DNA of 64,000 bases from a virus (IMGVR_UViG_3300032069_000010:749-64748), one strand, 5' to 3'; counted from the stretch's first letter, positions 9,692 through 19,870 are shown. Program-made: numbers and translations. Notes: generated by a model not told the origin, from the sequence alone.

Positions 9692-10204
9692 ATGCAAAGC
9701 CCTAAGAAAAGAACGATTGAAAAAACTCTCTACGGGACAGTGGCTCTATATCGAGATATTTGCCCGTCATGTAAGACGCAAGCCTTTGTAATTAATGGTG
9801 AATTCGCCTGTTGTGGCCATCCATACTCATCCAAACCCGAAAGGGAAAAAATTAAAAGAGAGACAGAAACCTTTTACCAAAGAGCGCCCATCTCATTAAA
9901 AACAAAAAATAAAATTCTTAAAGAACAAGGCTTTAAATGCATTTATTGCGGCCTACCCCTAAATTTGCGTTTTAAGGGCATTAAAAATTCCATCGTTTTT
10001 GACCACTTCATCCCATGGAACTACTCCCAAGATAGTAGGGAATATAATATATTTGCCTCATGCTATGAATGTAACTCTCTTAAATCAGGGAAGTTTTTCG
10101 TTGATCTCATTTCCGCAAGACAATACGTCCTGACAGAAAAAGCAAAACGCAAAGGGACCTTCATGGGTGTAAGACCCTTCGGCGAAAACATTCTCGCCAA
10201 ATAA
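9692..10204 (+). CDS. HNH endonuclease
   Basis: CIYCG..FDHFIP..N..SCYECNSLK; AT-rich and opposite to the surrounding operon. Confidence 0.85.
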   Translation: MQSPKKRTIEKTLYGTVALYRDICPSCKTQAFVINGEFACCGHPYSSKPEREKIKRETETFYQRAPISLKTKNKILKEQGFKCIYCGLPLNLRFKGIKNSIVFDHFIPWNYSQDSREYNIFASCYECNSLKSGKFFVDLISARQYVLTEKAKRKGTFMGVRPFGENILAK

Positions 10205-10331
10205 CGCCATCCAACGTGTTCAGGGATGGACGGATGGGGGCATTCATTACGCAATTGGGTAGTATTGGGATATTAAAAAAGGCCCATCTCTTGTTTACGC
10301 CCCAGTAGAGCGTTGAAAACGGGCTCATTTG

Positions 10332-11507
10332 TCACTGAGGAGTGGAAAGTTTGCAGTTCCGCCTACGGGCAACCAGCATTTTCTCCACCCGTTCCCGAAT
10401 TTTAGGCCACCACCGTTTAAAATCCTCTCTGCATTCATTGAGCGTCTTCCCCCTTCGTTTCGCCCATGCTTCAAGACACAAATTCCACCAGAAAGAGTCC
10501 TCGACCATGCTATCGCACCACGCTGAGCCTAAATTGAACCATAATTCCATACTCACATACTCGCCCATGCTCTCATCTTGAAACATCTTTCTAATTTGAT
10601 AATGAGCAATCTTACCAATTGAGGTGTGCATATCCCAGCAATAAGAAGGAATCTCTTCCGCTGCTTCTACCTCTTCCTCTTTGGGGACCTCTTCAAGCTC
10701 TATCGGCTCTACTTTCGTGACACATGCCAGATACGCCGCCACGAATAGCAACGTCTTGTCCCCCGACATTCCCCCGAACTTTGACCTTCTCCTCGCAGTC
10801 CTAACGATCTCCCCGGCAAACTCGTTATCCCCGTATTGGAACAATCCCCAAAAAGTCTCCGGGTCAGTTTCGATCAGATCCAACTTCTTTCGGATCGCCA
10901 TCCACCCGTTGAAAATAGCCATCCTTTCGGGATCTTTAATCAACTTCTTTGGATTTTCTTTGAGCTTCTCGCATTTATCAGCGAGGATATTTAGCCCCTC
11001 AGCTTCCTTATTTTTGGGGTGAGTCGCCACGTTGCATAATAGGCGCCATAAGTCCTCTCGACTCGGCTCTGGCCATGAAAGCTGACCAGCTATGCCGGTG
11101 TATAAAAATGATTCTTCGGCGGCCAAGATAGGAAGGCGCCATAATATCCACTTCGGCTCAGTTTCCCACAATTTTGAAAATGAGAGTTTTAAAAGGGGAA
11201 GGTTACCCCTTCTCAATGCCTTTTGGATTGCGGACTTATACCCGGACAAGTCTTCCTTGATCAATCCAAGCTCCTGTTTCTTTTGAGAAATGTGTTTGCA
11301 ATCCCTCTTTGGCTTATCAGATTTCATGATTCTTTCGGTAAAAAAGTAGCAGGTGCATGTCCACCGCGACCCCTCTCTTCGGACCTTGTACCTCGTCATA
11401 GGGTCTGTCCATGACGGAACGTCCCATTCCTGCACCACCTTTTCCTTCTTTCCATTCTTCTCTGGTTTCGGCTCAGGCTCAAACCCTTTGAAGGCATCCT
11501 GTTTCAC
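10332..11507 (-). CDS. SWIM zinc finger plus RarA/MgsA C-terminal-like helical domain protein
   Basis: WTCTC..CKHI (SWIM); KSAIQKALRRG, WRLPILAAEE, DMHTSIGK motifs. Confidence 0.65.
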   Translation of the reverse strand: MKQDAFKGFEPEPKPEKNGKKEKVVQEWDVPSWTDPMTRYKVRREGSRWTCTCYFFTERIMKSDKPKRDCKHISQKKQELGLIKEDLSGYKSAIQKALRRGNLPLLKLSFSKLWETEPKWILWRLPILAAEESFLYTGIAGQLSWPEPSREDLWRLLCNVATHPKNKEAEGLNILADKCEKLKENPKKLIKDPERMAIFNGWMAIRKKLDLIETDPETFWGLFQYGDNEFAGEIVRTARRRSKFGGMSGDKTLLFVAAYLACVTKVEPIELEEVPKEEEVEAAEEIPSYCWDMHTSIGKIAHYQIRKMFQDESMGEYVSMELWFNLGSAWCDSMVEDSFWWNLCLEAWAKRRGKTLNECREDFKRWWPKIRERVEKMLVARRRNCKLSTPQ

Positions 11508-11544
11508 TGTCTTTTATTCCCCCTTTCTGTTCATTGTTAAAATA

Positions 11545-11573
11545 AAACTATCACGGACAAAATGAAATGTCAA
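11545..11573 (-). promoter_or_regulatory. sigma70 promoter
   Basis: TTGACA-17-TAGTTT on minus strand upstream of 11507. Confidence 0.55.
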
Positions 11574-11587
11574 GTAATATTAATGAC

Positions 11588-11791
11588 TTACGTCTCTTGC
11601 CCCCCATCCCTTCCTTTCTTCAGGCGTGGCCGACAGGACGGATTCTCCTCAGAATGCCCACCATTGAGATAATGAACTCGTTCTGCCGCCCCTTCAGCGG
11701 AATCATGGTCGCTGTCGGGATGCCATTTACCATTAGGAGAATAAAATCCCACCGTAAACAGGCCCTTTTCAGGTTCGATATAAACATACAT
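11588..11791 (-). CDS. small conserved phage protein
   Basis: LFTVGFYSPNGKWHPDSD..AAERVHYLNGG; AAAGGGGGTGA RBS. Confidence 0.7.
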   Translation of the reverse strand: MYVYIEPEKGLFTVGFYSPNGKWHPDSDHDSAEGAAERVHYLNGGHSEENPSCRPRLKKGRDGGQET

Positions 11792-11997
11792 ATTTTTCTC
11801 ACCCCCTTTCTTCCCGTCTGACCGATTTTGTATTAAGAAAAATACTCCTTCAGCCAATCGATTAATCTTTCCCTTGTCCTAAAAGAATGGGCTATCAGCA
11901 TACCAAACCGGAAAGCCTCCCATCCGGCCCGTTCCCTCACGATTTCAATTTCCATTCTGTTTAAAAATTCGCTGTCTCCTTTCATGTCCCGCCCTCC

Positions 11998-12525
11998 TTA
12001 ACGTCCTGTATATTCCTTGATCGACCTCCTCAAGATCAGCTCGACCATCTCCATATCGTCCAAACTGTAATCACCAACCATCGGCCAAAAACTTTGCCCA
12101 TCTCTCCAAAGATGAACCGTGTCGCCACCATACCCTTTCAGGTCAGCGGAACACAGAAGCTGTGGATACTCAGCGTTGCCCACATTGCGGTTCTGCCACA
12201 CTTTACACTCTTCCCCAAAATGAGCTCTCAGGTTTTTCGTCAGCAGTTCGAGAAACCCCTTGTCTTCCTTTGGGTAAATCCACGCTGACTCTTGCATCCA
12301 TTCTTTTATCGGTCGGCCAACTACTTCCTTCGGATAGCAGAGCGCTCCGCACTCGGGGCACTCTCCTGACGGGACAACCCCCCCTGGCTCAACCCGTTGA
12401 AAATAATCCTTCACTTCACAGAGCATTCCACGCTTCCATTCCTTCTCGCAGTTACCACAAACATCGATCGGCTCAATCTCCTCGTTCGTGATCAGTGCAA
12501 ACCTCGGGTAAACCTTAACTGTCAT
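11998..12525 (-). CDS. hypothetical zinc-ribbon protein
   Basis: CGNC..RVEPG..PSGECPECGALC. Confidence 0.6.
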   Translation of the reverse strand: MTVKVYPRFALITNEEIEPIDVCGNCEKEWKRGMLCEVKDYFQRVEPGGVVPSGECPECGALCYPKEVVGRPIKEWMQESAWIYPKEDKGFLELLTKNLRAHFGEECKVWQNRNVGNAEYPQLLCSADLKGYGGDTVHLWRDGQSFWPMVGDYSLDDMEMVELILRRSIKEYTGR

Positions 12526-12804
12526 TGGCTTTCTCCTTTCTGCTTTTCGCTCTTCGCTCAATCTTAATGCCAAACTCTTCCCCCCACGATTGGATATGCA
12601 TTACCACATCGCTCGCCACCGCCTTGTCCCTGCACCGCTTCTCAAGAACAAAGACGTGGCCGTCGTCCTCTACTACAACGGCATCGCTGAACCTGTTATG
12701 AAACCGTGGCCCATACCCATAACCAGACTCATAATCACATGGCTCCTTTCTTTCTTTCCATCTGACTACTACCATCCCTTTCACCCCCTTTCCCGTTCCC
12801 GTGC

Positions 12805-13248
12805 TTACATCTCGCAAACCCAACTACTTTCATCTCGGCGTGTCGTTTGGATAGTCGGCTTGCAATTGGAGTTTGGCGTAGCTGGCCCGATAGTTACCGA
12901 AAACTCACCGCCGTTTTCCCCTGTCCATACCCATTCCGGCTCAGACTTGCCAGGCTCAACCCATGTCTTCATGGACTTCTTAAGCTTTCGGACGCAGGTC
13001 CTTCTTACAACCATTGCGGCAACCCTTCTTGCCTCAGCCGTATCTTTGCAAGAAATATTGACGTACCCACGAGCATCAATATCGACCGAAGGCATCATGC
13101 CGAGTTTCAAAAACCCTTGATCGATCTTTGAACAGAACTTCTTAATGGTTTTCGACTTTTCCCTTGCTTCGCCTATTCTTCCCCTGTACATTTTTATTAC
13201 CCGCTTCAGGTCTTCCTCATAACGCCTTGCTAATTCCATGCTCATCAT
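12805..13248 (-). CDS. hypothetical protein
   Basis: AAAGGGGGT RBS before MMSME. Confidence 0.55.
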   Translation of the reverse strand: MMSMELARRYEEDLKRVIKMYRGRIGEAREKSKTIKKFCSKIDQGFLKLGMMPSVDIDARGYVNISCKDTAEARRVAAMVVRRTCVRKLKKSMKTWVEPGKSEPEWVWTGENGGEFSVTIGPATPNSNCKPTIQTTRRDESSWVCEM

Positions 13249-13259
13249 AGACCCCCTTT

Positions 13260-13907
13260 CTACCGGACCTCGTACCCGGCTTCTTCCAGGGCATTCATGC
13301 AGGTTGCAACCGCGTGGCTGTAATCGCCCTTCGTACACTCCCCAAGCACCTGGCTGATCTTCTCCTGCGGAACCCCCGCATCCCTCAAGGCTCGTTTTGT
13401 GTTCCCCATAATCGCAAATACATTACCGTCCCACTTACCCGTCACCATGAGGACCTTCTTCTTCGGTTTGGAAATGGCATCAGACCCCACATTCGTGGGT
13501 TGAGTCAGATCAACCCGGATCCTTGTACCGACATCACCGTTCCATTCCACTTTCAACCCGCGCTTCTTAAGCGTCTCAACGACCATCTTCCCGACTTCTT
13601 CGTTCGTAAGGCCAACTTTCCCATGGACATTCGAATCCAAATCACCGTAAGCAAGGTACAGATTGCCACGCAATCTAATGTCTTCCTCGTCTTGATGATG
13701 CCAGAACACACAGCCCTTCACCTTCGCTGCCTTCTCTTTTGACACCTTCGATACACTGTCGGCGATCGCCGAACCAGCACAGTTCTGGCAGCACATGAAG
13801 TTCGTTCTCGCTATCAATCCTTGCCTTCGCAGATCAGCGAACGACTTGACCAACAACTTCCTGTTGCCCTCAACGTTCTCCATACCTTCAAATCTTCTCG
13901 TTCTCAT
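13260..13907 (-). CDS. DUF6891-like domain protein with C-terminal small helical domain
   Basis: LIARTNFMCCQNC, VFWHHQD, VEWNGD..RI; C-terminal DGNVFAIMG..KRALRDAG. Confidence 0.65.
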   Translation of the reverse strand: MRTRRFEGMENVEGNRKLLVKSFADLRRQGLIARTNFMCCQNCAGSAIADSVSKVSKEKAAKVKGCVFWHHQDEEDIRLRGNLYLAYGDLDSNVHGKVGLTNEEVGKMVVETLKKRGLKVEWNGDVGTRIRVDLTQPTNVGSDAISKPKKKVLMVTGKWDGNVFAIMGNTKRALRDAGVPQEKISQVLGECTKGDYSHAVATCMNALEEAGYEVR

Positions 13908-13922
13908 TTTTTACCCCCTTTC

Positions 13923-14207
13923 TTAATCGAGCACATCTTCATCTTCGTGCCCGCATCCCAAACATCGGTATCTAATGAAAATACATTCCGGCCCCACTTT
14001 CTTCGACCAAACACGAATAACCATGCTCTTCCCGCACTCAAAACACTTGCTACCGTGGAGCTTTCTTCCATGGCCAAACGCCTCGTTTAAAAGCGCTTGC
14101 TTTTCAATCTCGGCCCAAATCTTCTTTCCAAAATTGCCTTTCTTGAGAACCACAACTTTTTCCTCGACAACTAATTCAACCTCGCTTAGTCCGACCGATT
14201 TAATCAT
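13923..14207 (-). CDS. zinc-ribbon protein
   Basis: CFECG..CLGCG; AGGAG RBS. Confidence 0.55.
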   Translation of the reverse strand: MIKSVGLSEVELVVEEKVVVLKKGNFGKKIWAEIEKQALLNEAFGHGRKLHGSKCFECGKSMVIRVWSKKVGPECIFIRYRCLGCGHEDEDVLD

Positions 14208-14222
14208 CCACCATACTCCTTT

Positions 14223-14420
14223 CTACGAATTCATCTCCTCGAGCAATTTCTCCAGATCTTTCGCAGCCGTCGCATACGCCGTTGCCTTTCCATCGCTCGA
14301 GCTCTTACTCGTTACGTTTGCCTCACGCTCACCGTCTTCCTTCCACTCTCTTGCTCTATCCCGAAAATGCGTCTGCAAACCCAACAACTTGTGATACTCC
14401 TTCCCTGTCATCCGTCTCAC
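14223..14420 (-). CDS. hypothetical protein
   Basis: AAAGGAGGTG RBS. Confidence 0.55.
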   Translation of the reverse strand: MRRMTGKEYHKLLGLQTHFRDRAREWKEDGEREANVTSKSSSDGKATAYATAAKDLEKLLEEMNS

Positions 14421-14646
14421 CTCCTTTCATAAAAGCAGTTTCGGGACGCGGTCGATGGTCGGCTCATGGGGTGAGCAACCGCGTCCCTACTCCTGCGGGG
14501 GCAACTTTCATTCAGGTGTGACTGTCGGGTAATATAAAGATATAGGCTCCCATGCGATACCTCGTTTACGGGCCAATTACTTGACCGTCACCACCATTGA
14601 AAACCCCGTTAATGGGATAGCTCAGGTCGAGTTCTCTGCGAGCTGA

Positions 14647-15228
14647 CTACGCAGCCTTCTTCGTGACCTCTGAGCCTGTCGCCTCTGCTCGATTGGCGCC
14701 TGTCGGTTTTCCCTTGTGAACCAGGGTTCCGGGGACTTTCCAGTTCTTTCCTTCAACATCGATCTTGACTTTCCCGTTTGACTTGATCTTGATTACTTTG
14801 CCTTCGATCAGCTTCGACCCTTTTTTGAACCACACCACGTTTCCGGCCTTAAAGCCTTCAGTCGCTTTCTTGCAGGCCTCGAGGTAAACTCCCTTCCAGT
14901 GCTTCTGCAGTGCTCTTGCGACTGCTTTCAAGTTCTCAAGGTCGGTCACCTTCTGGATGGACACAACAAGGCCTTTCACTGCTTCCGGCACTGGCTTTGC
15001 TGTGAACGGCGCAACCTTCTGCTTGTCTGCCTTCCCCTTCTTGCCCTCGGCGGACTTCTTCGGGACAGCTTTCGCCTTTTCGGTCTTCCCGTTCGTGGCC
15101 TCGGCCTTCGTGCTTCCATTCCCGTTTTTCTTTTCATCAACCATCTTTCGGTTCTCTTCCGCTATCCTCTCTAAATCAGCGGACTCGCTTCCATTCGTCT
15201 TTCCGTTTTTCTTTCCGTTCTCTTCCAT
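14647..15228 (-). CDS. Lys-rich protein with C-terminal KOW/SH3-like domain
   Basis: K/A/N-rich N-terminus; FKAGNVVWF..EGKVIKI..WKVPGTLV. Confidence 0.7.
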   Translation of the reverse strand: MEENGKKNGKTNGSESADLERIAEENRKMVDEKKNGNGSTKAEATNGKTEKAKAVPKKSAEGKKGKADKQKVAPFTAKPVPEAVKGLVVSIQKVTDLENLKAVARALQKHWKGVYLEACKKATEGFKAGNVVWFKKGSKLIEGKVIKIKSNGKVKIDVEGKNWKVPGTLVHKGKPTGANRAEATGSEVTKKAA

Positions 15229-15271
15229 TGCGTTCTCCTTTCGTTTAAAGGCTAAATTGGTAAAAGGTTAA

Positions 15272-15931
15272 TCACTGAACTACCGCTTCTGCCGGCCTTG
15301 CCTCACCCCCTTTCTCGGTTGCCCGCCCAACTCTCCACCGCTTCGAGTCAGGCTGAAGATATTCTTTCGGGACCGTTCCTTTCGTTACCTTCCTCACTGG
15401 CATCACCACTCTCTCTTTGTTCGGATCCCACGGTTCTGTGTCGATCACCAGCTTCCTCGACTTCAGCCTGACCACCCGCCCCGCATGAACTATGCTCTTC
15501 TTCCGCCACCAAACATCATCCCCTGGCTTGAACTCCTTGACCATTCTGATTTCCTCGAGACCGTATAGCTTTTTGTACCAGCGGCTGGCCATTCGGGATA
15601 CCTTCTTCGCAACCTTCACGTCCCTGACCTGCCCGATCAGCGTCACCCAATTTGGAACCTCAACCCCGTTCGTAATCTTAAAGCTGTCCTCGACATCCTT
15701 TTTTATGATGGGGATTTTATCGACCCTCTTCCATCCCCCTTTCCTCTTCCTTCTCTCATCTGCGAGAGGCAATCCGAAATTCTGCTTCTGCCCTGTCAGC
15801 TCCGCATCCGACATCGTGACCGTCCTGCCTGTCATCCTATGCTTCCGCTTCCTCTTGAACACTACCGCAGGCACCAATCCTTCCTTTTCCCTCAGCCTTT
15901 CCTTCGTCCTCTTTAATTCTGATTTCGACAT
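15272..15931 (-). CDS. basic protein with KOW/SH3-like domain
   Basis: FKPGDDVWW..AGRVVRL. Confidence 0.65.
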   Translation of the reverse strand: MSKSELKRTKERLREKEGLVPAVVFKRKRKHRMTGRTVTMSDAELTGQKQNFGLPLADERRKRKGGWKRVDKIPIIKKDVEDSFKITNGVEVPNWVTLIGQVRDVKVAKKVSRMASRWYKKLYGLEEIRMVKEFKPGDDVWWRKKSIVHAGRVVRLKSRKLVIDTEPWDPNKERVVMPVRKVTKGTVPKEYLQPDSKRWRVGRATEKGGEARPAEAVVQ

Positions 15932-16136
15932 CTTCGTGCCCCCTTTCAAGGATTATGCTAACCTTTTGGATACCACCGACCCGTACTTAACCTCTCTTCT
16001 TGCCGTTGCCTTCTCAACCGCCTCCTCCATCGAAGGAGCCTCTACCTCCACGATTACCTTGTTCCATGCTATTTTGTAATAGCCGCTAATCCTGCTTTTG
16101 AAGGAAATCCTCCACTTCATCTCTCATCCCCCTTTC

Positions 16137-16466
16137 TTACTCTGCCTTTTTTAGCAAAGACCAACTCACATTCCAATTGGCCTGCGTTGGCCAACCTACA
16201 TCTACAACTGTTCCTACGACAACTTTTGCCGTCCGATCAGACTTCTTAATAATCGTCCCTTGCATGGGTTTTCCGTGCCTCCCGGCGAATTGAACCTTGT
16301 CTCCCACCTTAAACCCAATGGAAATTTCCATCTCGATAATTTTCCCCCGGTGCTTAAGCACCGAATTAACTTGCTCCCAAACCCTGCTCAGATCATCCTG
16401 AGTCTTGATGGTCTCGACAGCATTTACCAAATGACTTAACGTAATTCCAATTTTTACCTTATCCAT
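16137..16466 (-). CDS. KOW/SH3-like domain protein
   Basis: FKVGDKVQF..QGTIIKK..WNVSWSLL. Confidence 0.65.
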   Translation of the reverse strand: MDKVKIGITLSHLVNAVETIKTQDDLSRVWEQVNSVLKHRGKIIEMEISIGFKVGDKVQFAGRHGKPMQGTIIKKSDRTAKVVVGTVVDVGWPTQANWNVSWSLLKKAE

Positions 16467-16562
16467 CTTCCCTATTCCCCTTTCTGTGCTCCCAAAATAT
16501 AGAGAAGATAAAAACTCCATACAGCGACAGCACCGATAACAACACAATCAAAACGTACTTTG

Positions 16563-17075
16563 TCATTGCATCCACCTTTCGACCACCTTCTCATTTTCTA
16601 CCCATTCCTGATACGCCCAATTCATCTCCGCCTTCCATGTTTCGTCGAACACTTCATCCACTCTCCAATACTTGCACCGCCTGGCCACCTCTTCTTCTAT
16701 CTTCTTCCGCAGCCACGGCTTCTCGGTCTGCCTGGCCTCATCTAACAGCCTTACAACCAAACAGTCTCCATCAAGGATTGGAAAAACGCCGCCCTTAAAA
16801 ATGATGGCTCGGATTTCCCCCTGTCTGACTTTCTCTTTCAGTTCTTCCTCTTCCTGTCTCCGGAATTCAATCGCCTGCGTGCGCTGCCACCACTTCCTTC
16901 GCCTTTCCTTATCCCATCTCATCTCCCGTTCCGCAAAGCATCTGGGTGGGGATAAATAAAGGTTAGCGGGCACCTCAATCGTCTTCCCGTTTACTGGATG
17001 GACAATTACCAGCTTATCGCCCCGCTTTTCGACCACTTTCACCATCACTCCGGTTTCGATGTTCATCATTCTCAT
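16563..17075 (-). CDS. hypothetical protein
   Basis: AAAGGGGGTGA RBS; 170 aa. Confidence 0.6.
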   Translation of the reverse strand: MRMMNIETGVMVKVVEKRGDKLVIVHPVNGKTIEVPANLYLSPPRCFAEREMRWDKERRRKWWQRTQAIEFRRQEEEELKEKVRQGEIRAIIFKGGVFPILDGDCLVVRLLDEARQTEKPWLRKKIEEEVARRCKYWRVDEVFDETWKAEMNWAYQEWVENEKVVERWMQ

Positions 17076-17301
17076 GCTTTCACCCCCTTTTGCCTTGGGT
17101 CCTTCCCCGTCTCCTTGATTTCATTGACCACCCATCCCGGGCACCGGCCTTCCTTGTCCCGAAACCCACCACAATGTTTCTTTAACCTGCATTTCTTACA
17201 ATTCATGCTTTCACCCCCTTCCCGACCACAATTGCGTAAATTATGGGTAAATTTTTTTGAGTTGATTTAAGGTTCAAAGTGCTTTGTTTTCGCATACTTA
17301 A

Positions 17302-17330
17302 ATCCTATCCCTGTCATTTTTAAATGTCAA
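17302..17330 (-). promoter_or_regulatory. sigma70 early promoter
   Basis: TTGACA-17-TAGGAT on minus strand. Confidence 0.6.
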
Positions 17331-17533
17331 GAGTTTTTCGTTGCAGCTTTTACGACCTGATGCCCCCAATTCGTCAGCGTCCAGTCAATGTCAACCATCA
17401 ACTGTGCGAGCCGGGGATTGGTCGCCTTCAGTTCTTCTAACTGGTCAGACCCATTGGCTTCCTTCTTTAACCGCTGTCTAATAATGATGGAGAGGTTAAG
17501 GACTTCCTGAAATGAGATTGTATTCGCCGCCAC
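17327..17533 (-). CDS. hypothetical protein (first early gene)
   Basis: AAAGGGGGTGAG upstream of GTG start. Confidence 0.5.
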   Translation of the reverse strand: MAANTISFQEVLNLSIIIRQRLKKEANGSDQLEELKATNPRLAQLMVDIDWTLTNWGHQVVKAATKNS

Positions 17534-17595
17534 CTTTAGCTCACCCCCTTTCTTATCCGCTTTTTGTGTTAAGTGCTTGATTTCTCATTAACTTC

Positions 17596-17624
17596 ACACT
17601 AACGCTGACATCATTCTATGTCAA
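17596..17624 (-). promoter_or_regulatory. sigma70 early promoter with overlapping TGACA-N8-TGTCA inverted repeat
   Basis: TTGACA-17-TAGTGT on minus strand. Confidence 0.55.
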
Positions 17625-17940
17625 GATTTTTTCATAAGGTTCGCCTGTTTGTGAAAAGAATTATTTAGCTTTTAAAGTTTGCGTAGTCCGTAGAGGTTTG
17701 GCACTTTTTTTGTCATGGGGTTCGGTGAGCAGGTGGGTAGGATAGTAAAAGGCAGTTCTGAATCAAGCGGTTTACAGCGAAATACTGCTTTTAGATTAAC
17801 TGTGTAGTTTTAATGGGTTAACTGTTTCGGCCTAATTTCATTAAGGGGTTCGTCCAGACCTCCCAGACCGCCAGCTAAAATCAACTTTATACGGGCTTTT
17901 TAGCTTGGTTCTATGCTGGGTACTATCCCGCGATCTTCTG

Positions 17941-18381
17941 TCAGGTGTGCTTTTTTAGAGATGGGCAGACCGTGTGGTTGGGATCCCACCACAGAATTTT
18001 TAATATATTTTGATCTCTAATACCCCAAACACGGTTTTTTCCAGTTAGATGTAGGGAGATTAATTCATCTATATCGTCCTGTTTAAGCTCTTTAAGACGC
18101 TTTCGTGCTCCAGGGCACATTTTTGAAATCTCTACTGCATGATTATTTCGGTTTAGAATCTCAGACCATTTCATTGTTTCAAAGTCTGACATTTTTTTTA
18201 AAATATCGTCAAAGATTGAACGGGTAATTTGTTTCCATCCCCAAAATCCTTCCTTGTCAATGATCCTTATATGCCAAGAAATTAGGTCAAGGATCTTTTC
18301 CGCTTTTTCTCCCCCCCTGGGGGATTTTTTTTCTGGTGGAGTTTCTTTATGGGATGGTTGTTTAGGTGGTTGTTTAGGCAT
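17941..18381 (-). CDS. putative toxin partner of Panacea antitoxin (RelE-like fold suspected)
   Basis: Directly downstream of DUF4065 gene; SLHLTGKNRVWGIR..ILWWDPNH C-terminal motif. Confidence 0.6.
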   Translation of the reverse strand: MPKQPPKQPSHKETPPEKKSPRGGEKAEKILDLISWHIRIIDKEGFWGWKQITRSIFDDILKKMSDFETMKWSEILNRNNHAVEISKMCPGARKRLKELKQDDIDELISLHLTGKNRVWGIRDQNILKILWWDPNHTVCPSLKKHT

Positions 18382-18387
18382 TAAAAA

Positions 18388-18834
18388 TCAAGATTCAGGT
18401 AGGAGACTACTATAATATTCTATCATTGAAGCATGAGTGATAACCCTATTCCCACGTTCATTTTCAGACATTCCCGCGCGAGCTTTACGCCAAGGATCTT
18501 CCATGTGAGTAAGATCACTCAGCCATTGAGAACTTCTTTCGCAGTAATATTTAAGAACTGCCATAACAGTTTCTCTTTGCTTCTTAATTAATTTTTCTGG
18601 TCTTCCCTGACAAATAGAAGCAACCTTAAATCTTCCCTTGTGTAGATCAAAGAGTTCTCGCACTACAGGTCCATTTGCCCAAGCTTCAATTTTTTCTGGA
18701 AACAAAGGCTTTTCATCCCACACAAGAGACCACGCTTGGCAATAATATACGAGTTTTTGTAGTTTCATCGCTGTCATCGATCCGCATTTACGAAGGATGA
18801 ATTCGGCAACATCATAGACATTTACCATTTTCAT
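18388..18834 (-). CDS. Panacea/DUF4065 (SocA/GepA-like) antitoxin
   Basis: MKLQKLVYYCQ, IEAWANGPVV, LSDLTHMEDPW. Confidence 0.92.
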   Translation of the reverse strand: MKMVNVYDVAEFILRKCGSMTAMKLQKLVYYCQAWSLVWDEKPLFPEKIEAWANGPVVRELFDLHKGRFKVASICQGRPEKLIKKQRETVMAVLKYYCERSSQWLSDLTHMEDPWRKARAGMSENERGNRVITHASMIEYYSSLLPES

Positions 18835-18885
18835 TTCCTCCTTTCTGTGATCGAATAGTGGTTTTGTTTTGTTTTAATCCAATAC

Positions 18886-18914
18886 ATAATTAAATAGATA
18901 AATTTATTTGTCAA
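18886..18914 (-). promoter_or_regulatory. putative promoter of TA pair
   Basis: TTGACA followed by AT-rich spacer and TAATTA/AATTAT. Confidence 0.4.
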
Positions 18915-19129
18915 GGTTCATTTTTGTACATCTCCCAATTCCTGATTTAAGTCCAAGCTATTAATGAGCCATATTCGTGCCAATTTTAACATTAAATCAA
19001 TACGCTACCCTATACTGGTCTCGATCATCAGGGGATGGAGAGGTCCCGCTGTTCCTCAATCCACGTACCGCGCCGACCACCAAACTACGCAACTCGCCAA
19101 ATTCAAAAACTTCAATTCTTCGGTCTTCT

Positions 19130-19870
19130 AGTTCTTTCATCCTTATTAGTATATTAATCTCTTTAGTATATTAATCTCTTTAGTATTATATATAGCGCAT
19201 GCCGACTCGGACATTGGAGAGGATGGGTAAGTTGACAATTAAAAAAATATGCAGTTTGAAATTATTAGGTTTTTCGTTTATGCAAGGTGATTGCAAGTAA
19301 ACGATTTGTCGATTGCAATTTGGTTGGATTTTTATACAGTTTTTAAGCTATTGGAATAATTCAGTTTTCATGTAATTTCAATTTTGCAAATAATTGCACC
19401 AAATCTGCAATTGATTGCAAAAAAGTGTTGAAAACCTGTGGAATTCTGTGGAAATGCTGTGGAATGTTGATTGCAAAGCTAATTGTATTAAAAGTGCAAC
19501 GAGTTGCAATTTGATTGCATAAGGGAAGGATCGGAGTTTTTCCTAATTTCTTGAAATTCTTTGGCTTAAAAAATCATAAAAGCAATAATAATTATAGCAA
19601 GTTATATTTGTGAAAAATTTGAATAATGCAATTAATTGCAATTGCTGGAAACTCATTTAAGCAGTTGAAATGATTCTATTTTAAACATAATTTTTAATAT
19701 CCATAAAAAGACAATTTTTCTATAATATCCAAATGCTTTATGCAAATAATTGCAAGTAAAATTGACTATTTTATTGAAGTTTCTTATTTCCACAGTTTTT
19801 TAAAAAAATGTGGAAAAGTCATTTAAACGATTGGGATGATTTAGATTTAACAAAATATTCCACATCAAGA
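19130..19870. other. AT-rich non-coding region with iterated motifs (putative origin/control region)
   Basis: Tandem TATTAATCTCTTTAGTA repeat (~19152-19187), about 7 TGCAA-N4/5-TTGCA palindromes, TGTGGAA x3 at ~19437-19464 plus further TTCCACA/TGTGGAA copies. Confidence 0.5.

Noticed and set aside
2740-17560. Recurrent CTCACCCCCTTTC motif as a repeat element
   Set aside because: Sits just upstream of minus-strand start codons; best explained as a strong Shine-Dalgarno sequence (GAAAGGGGGTGAG).
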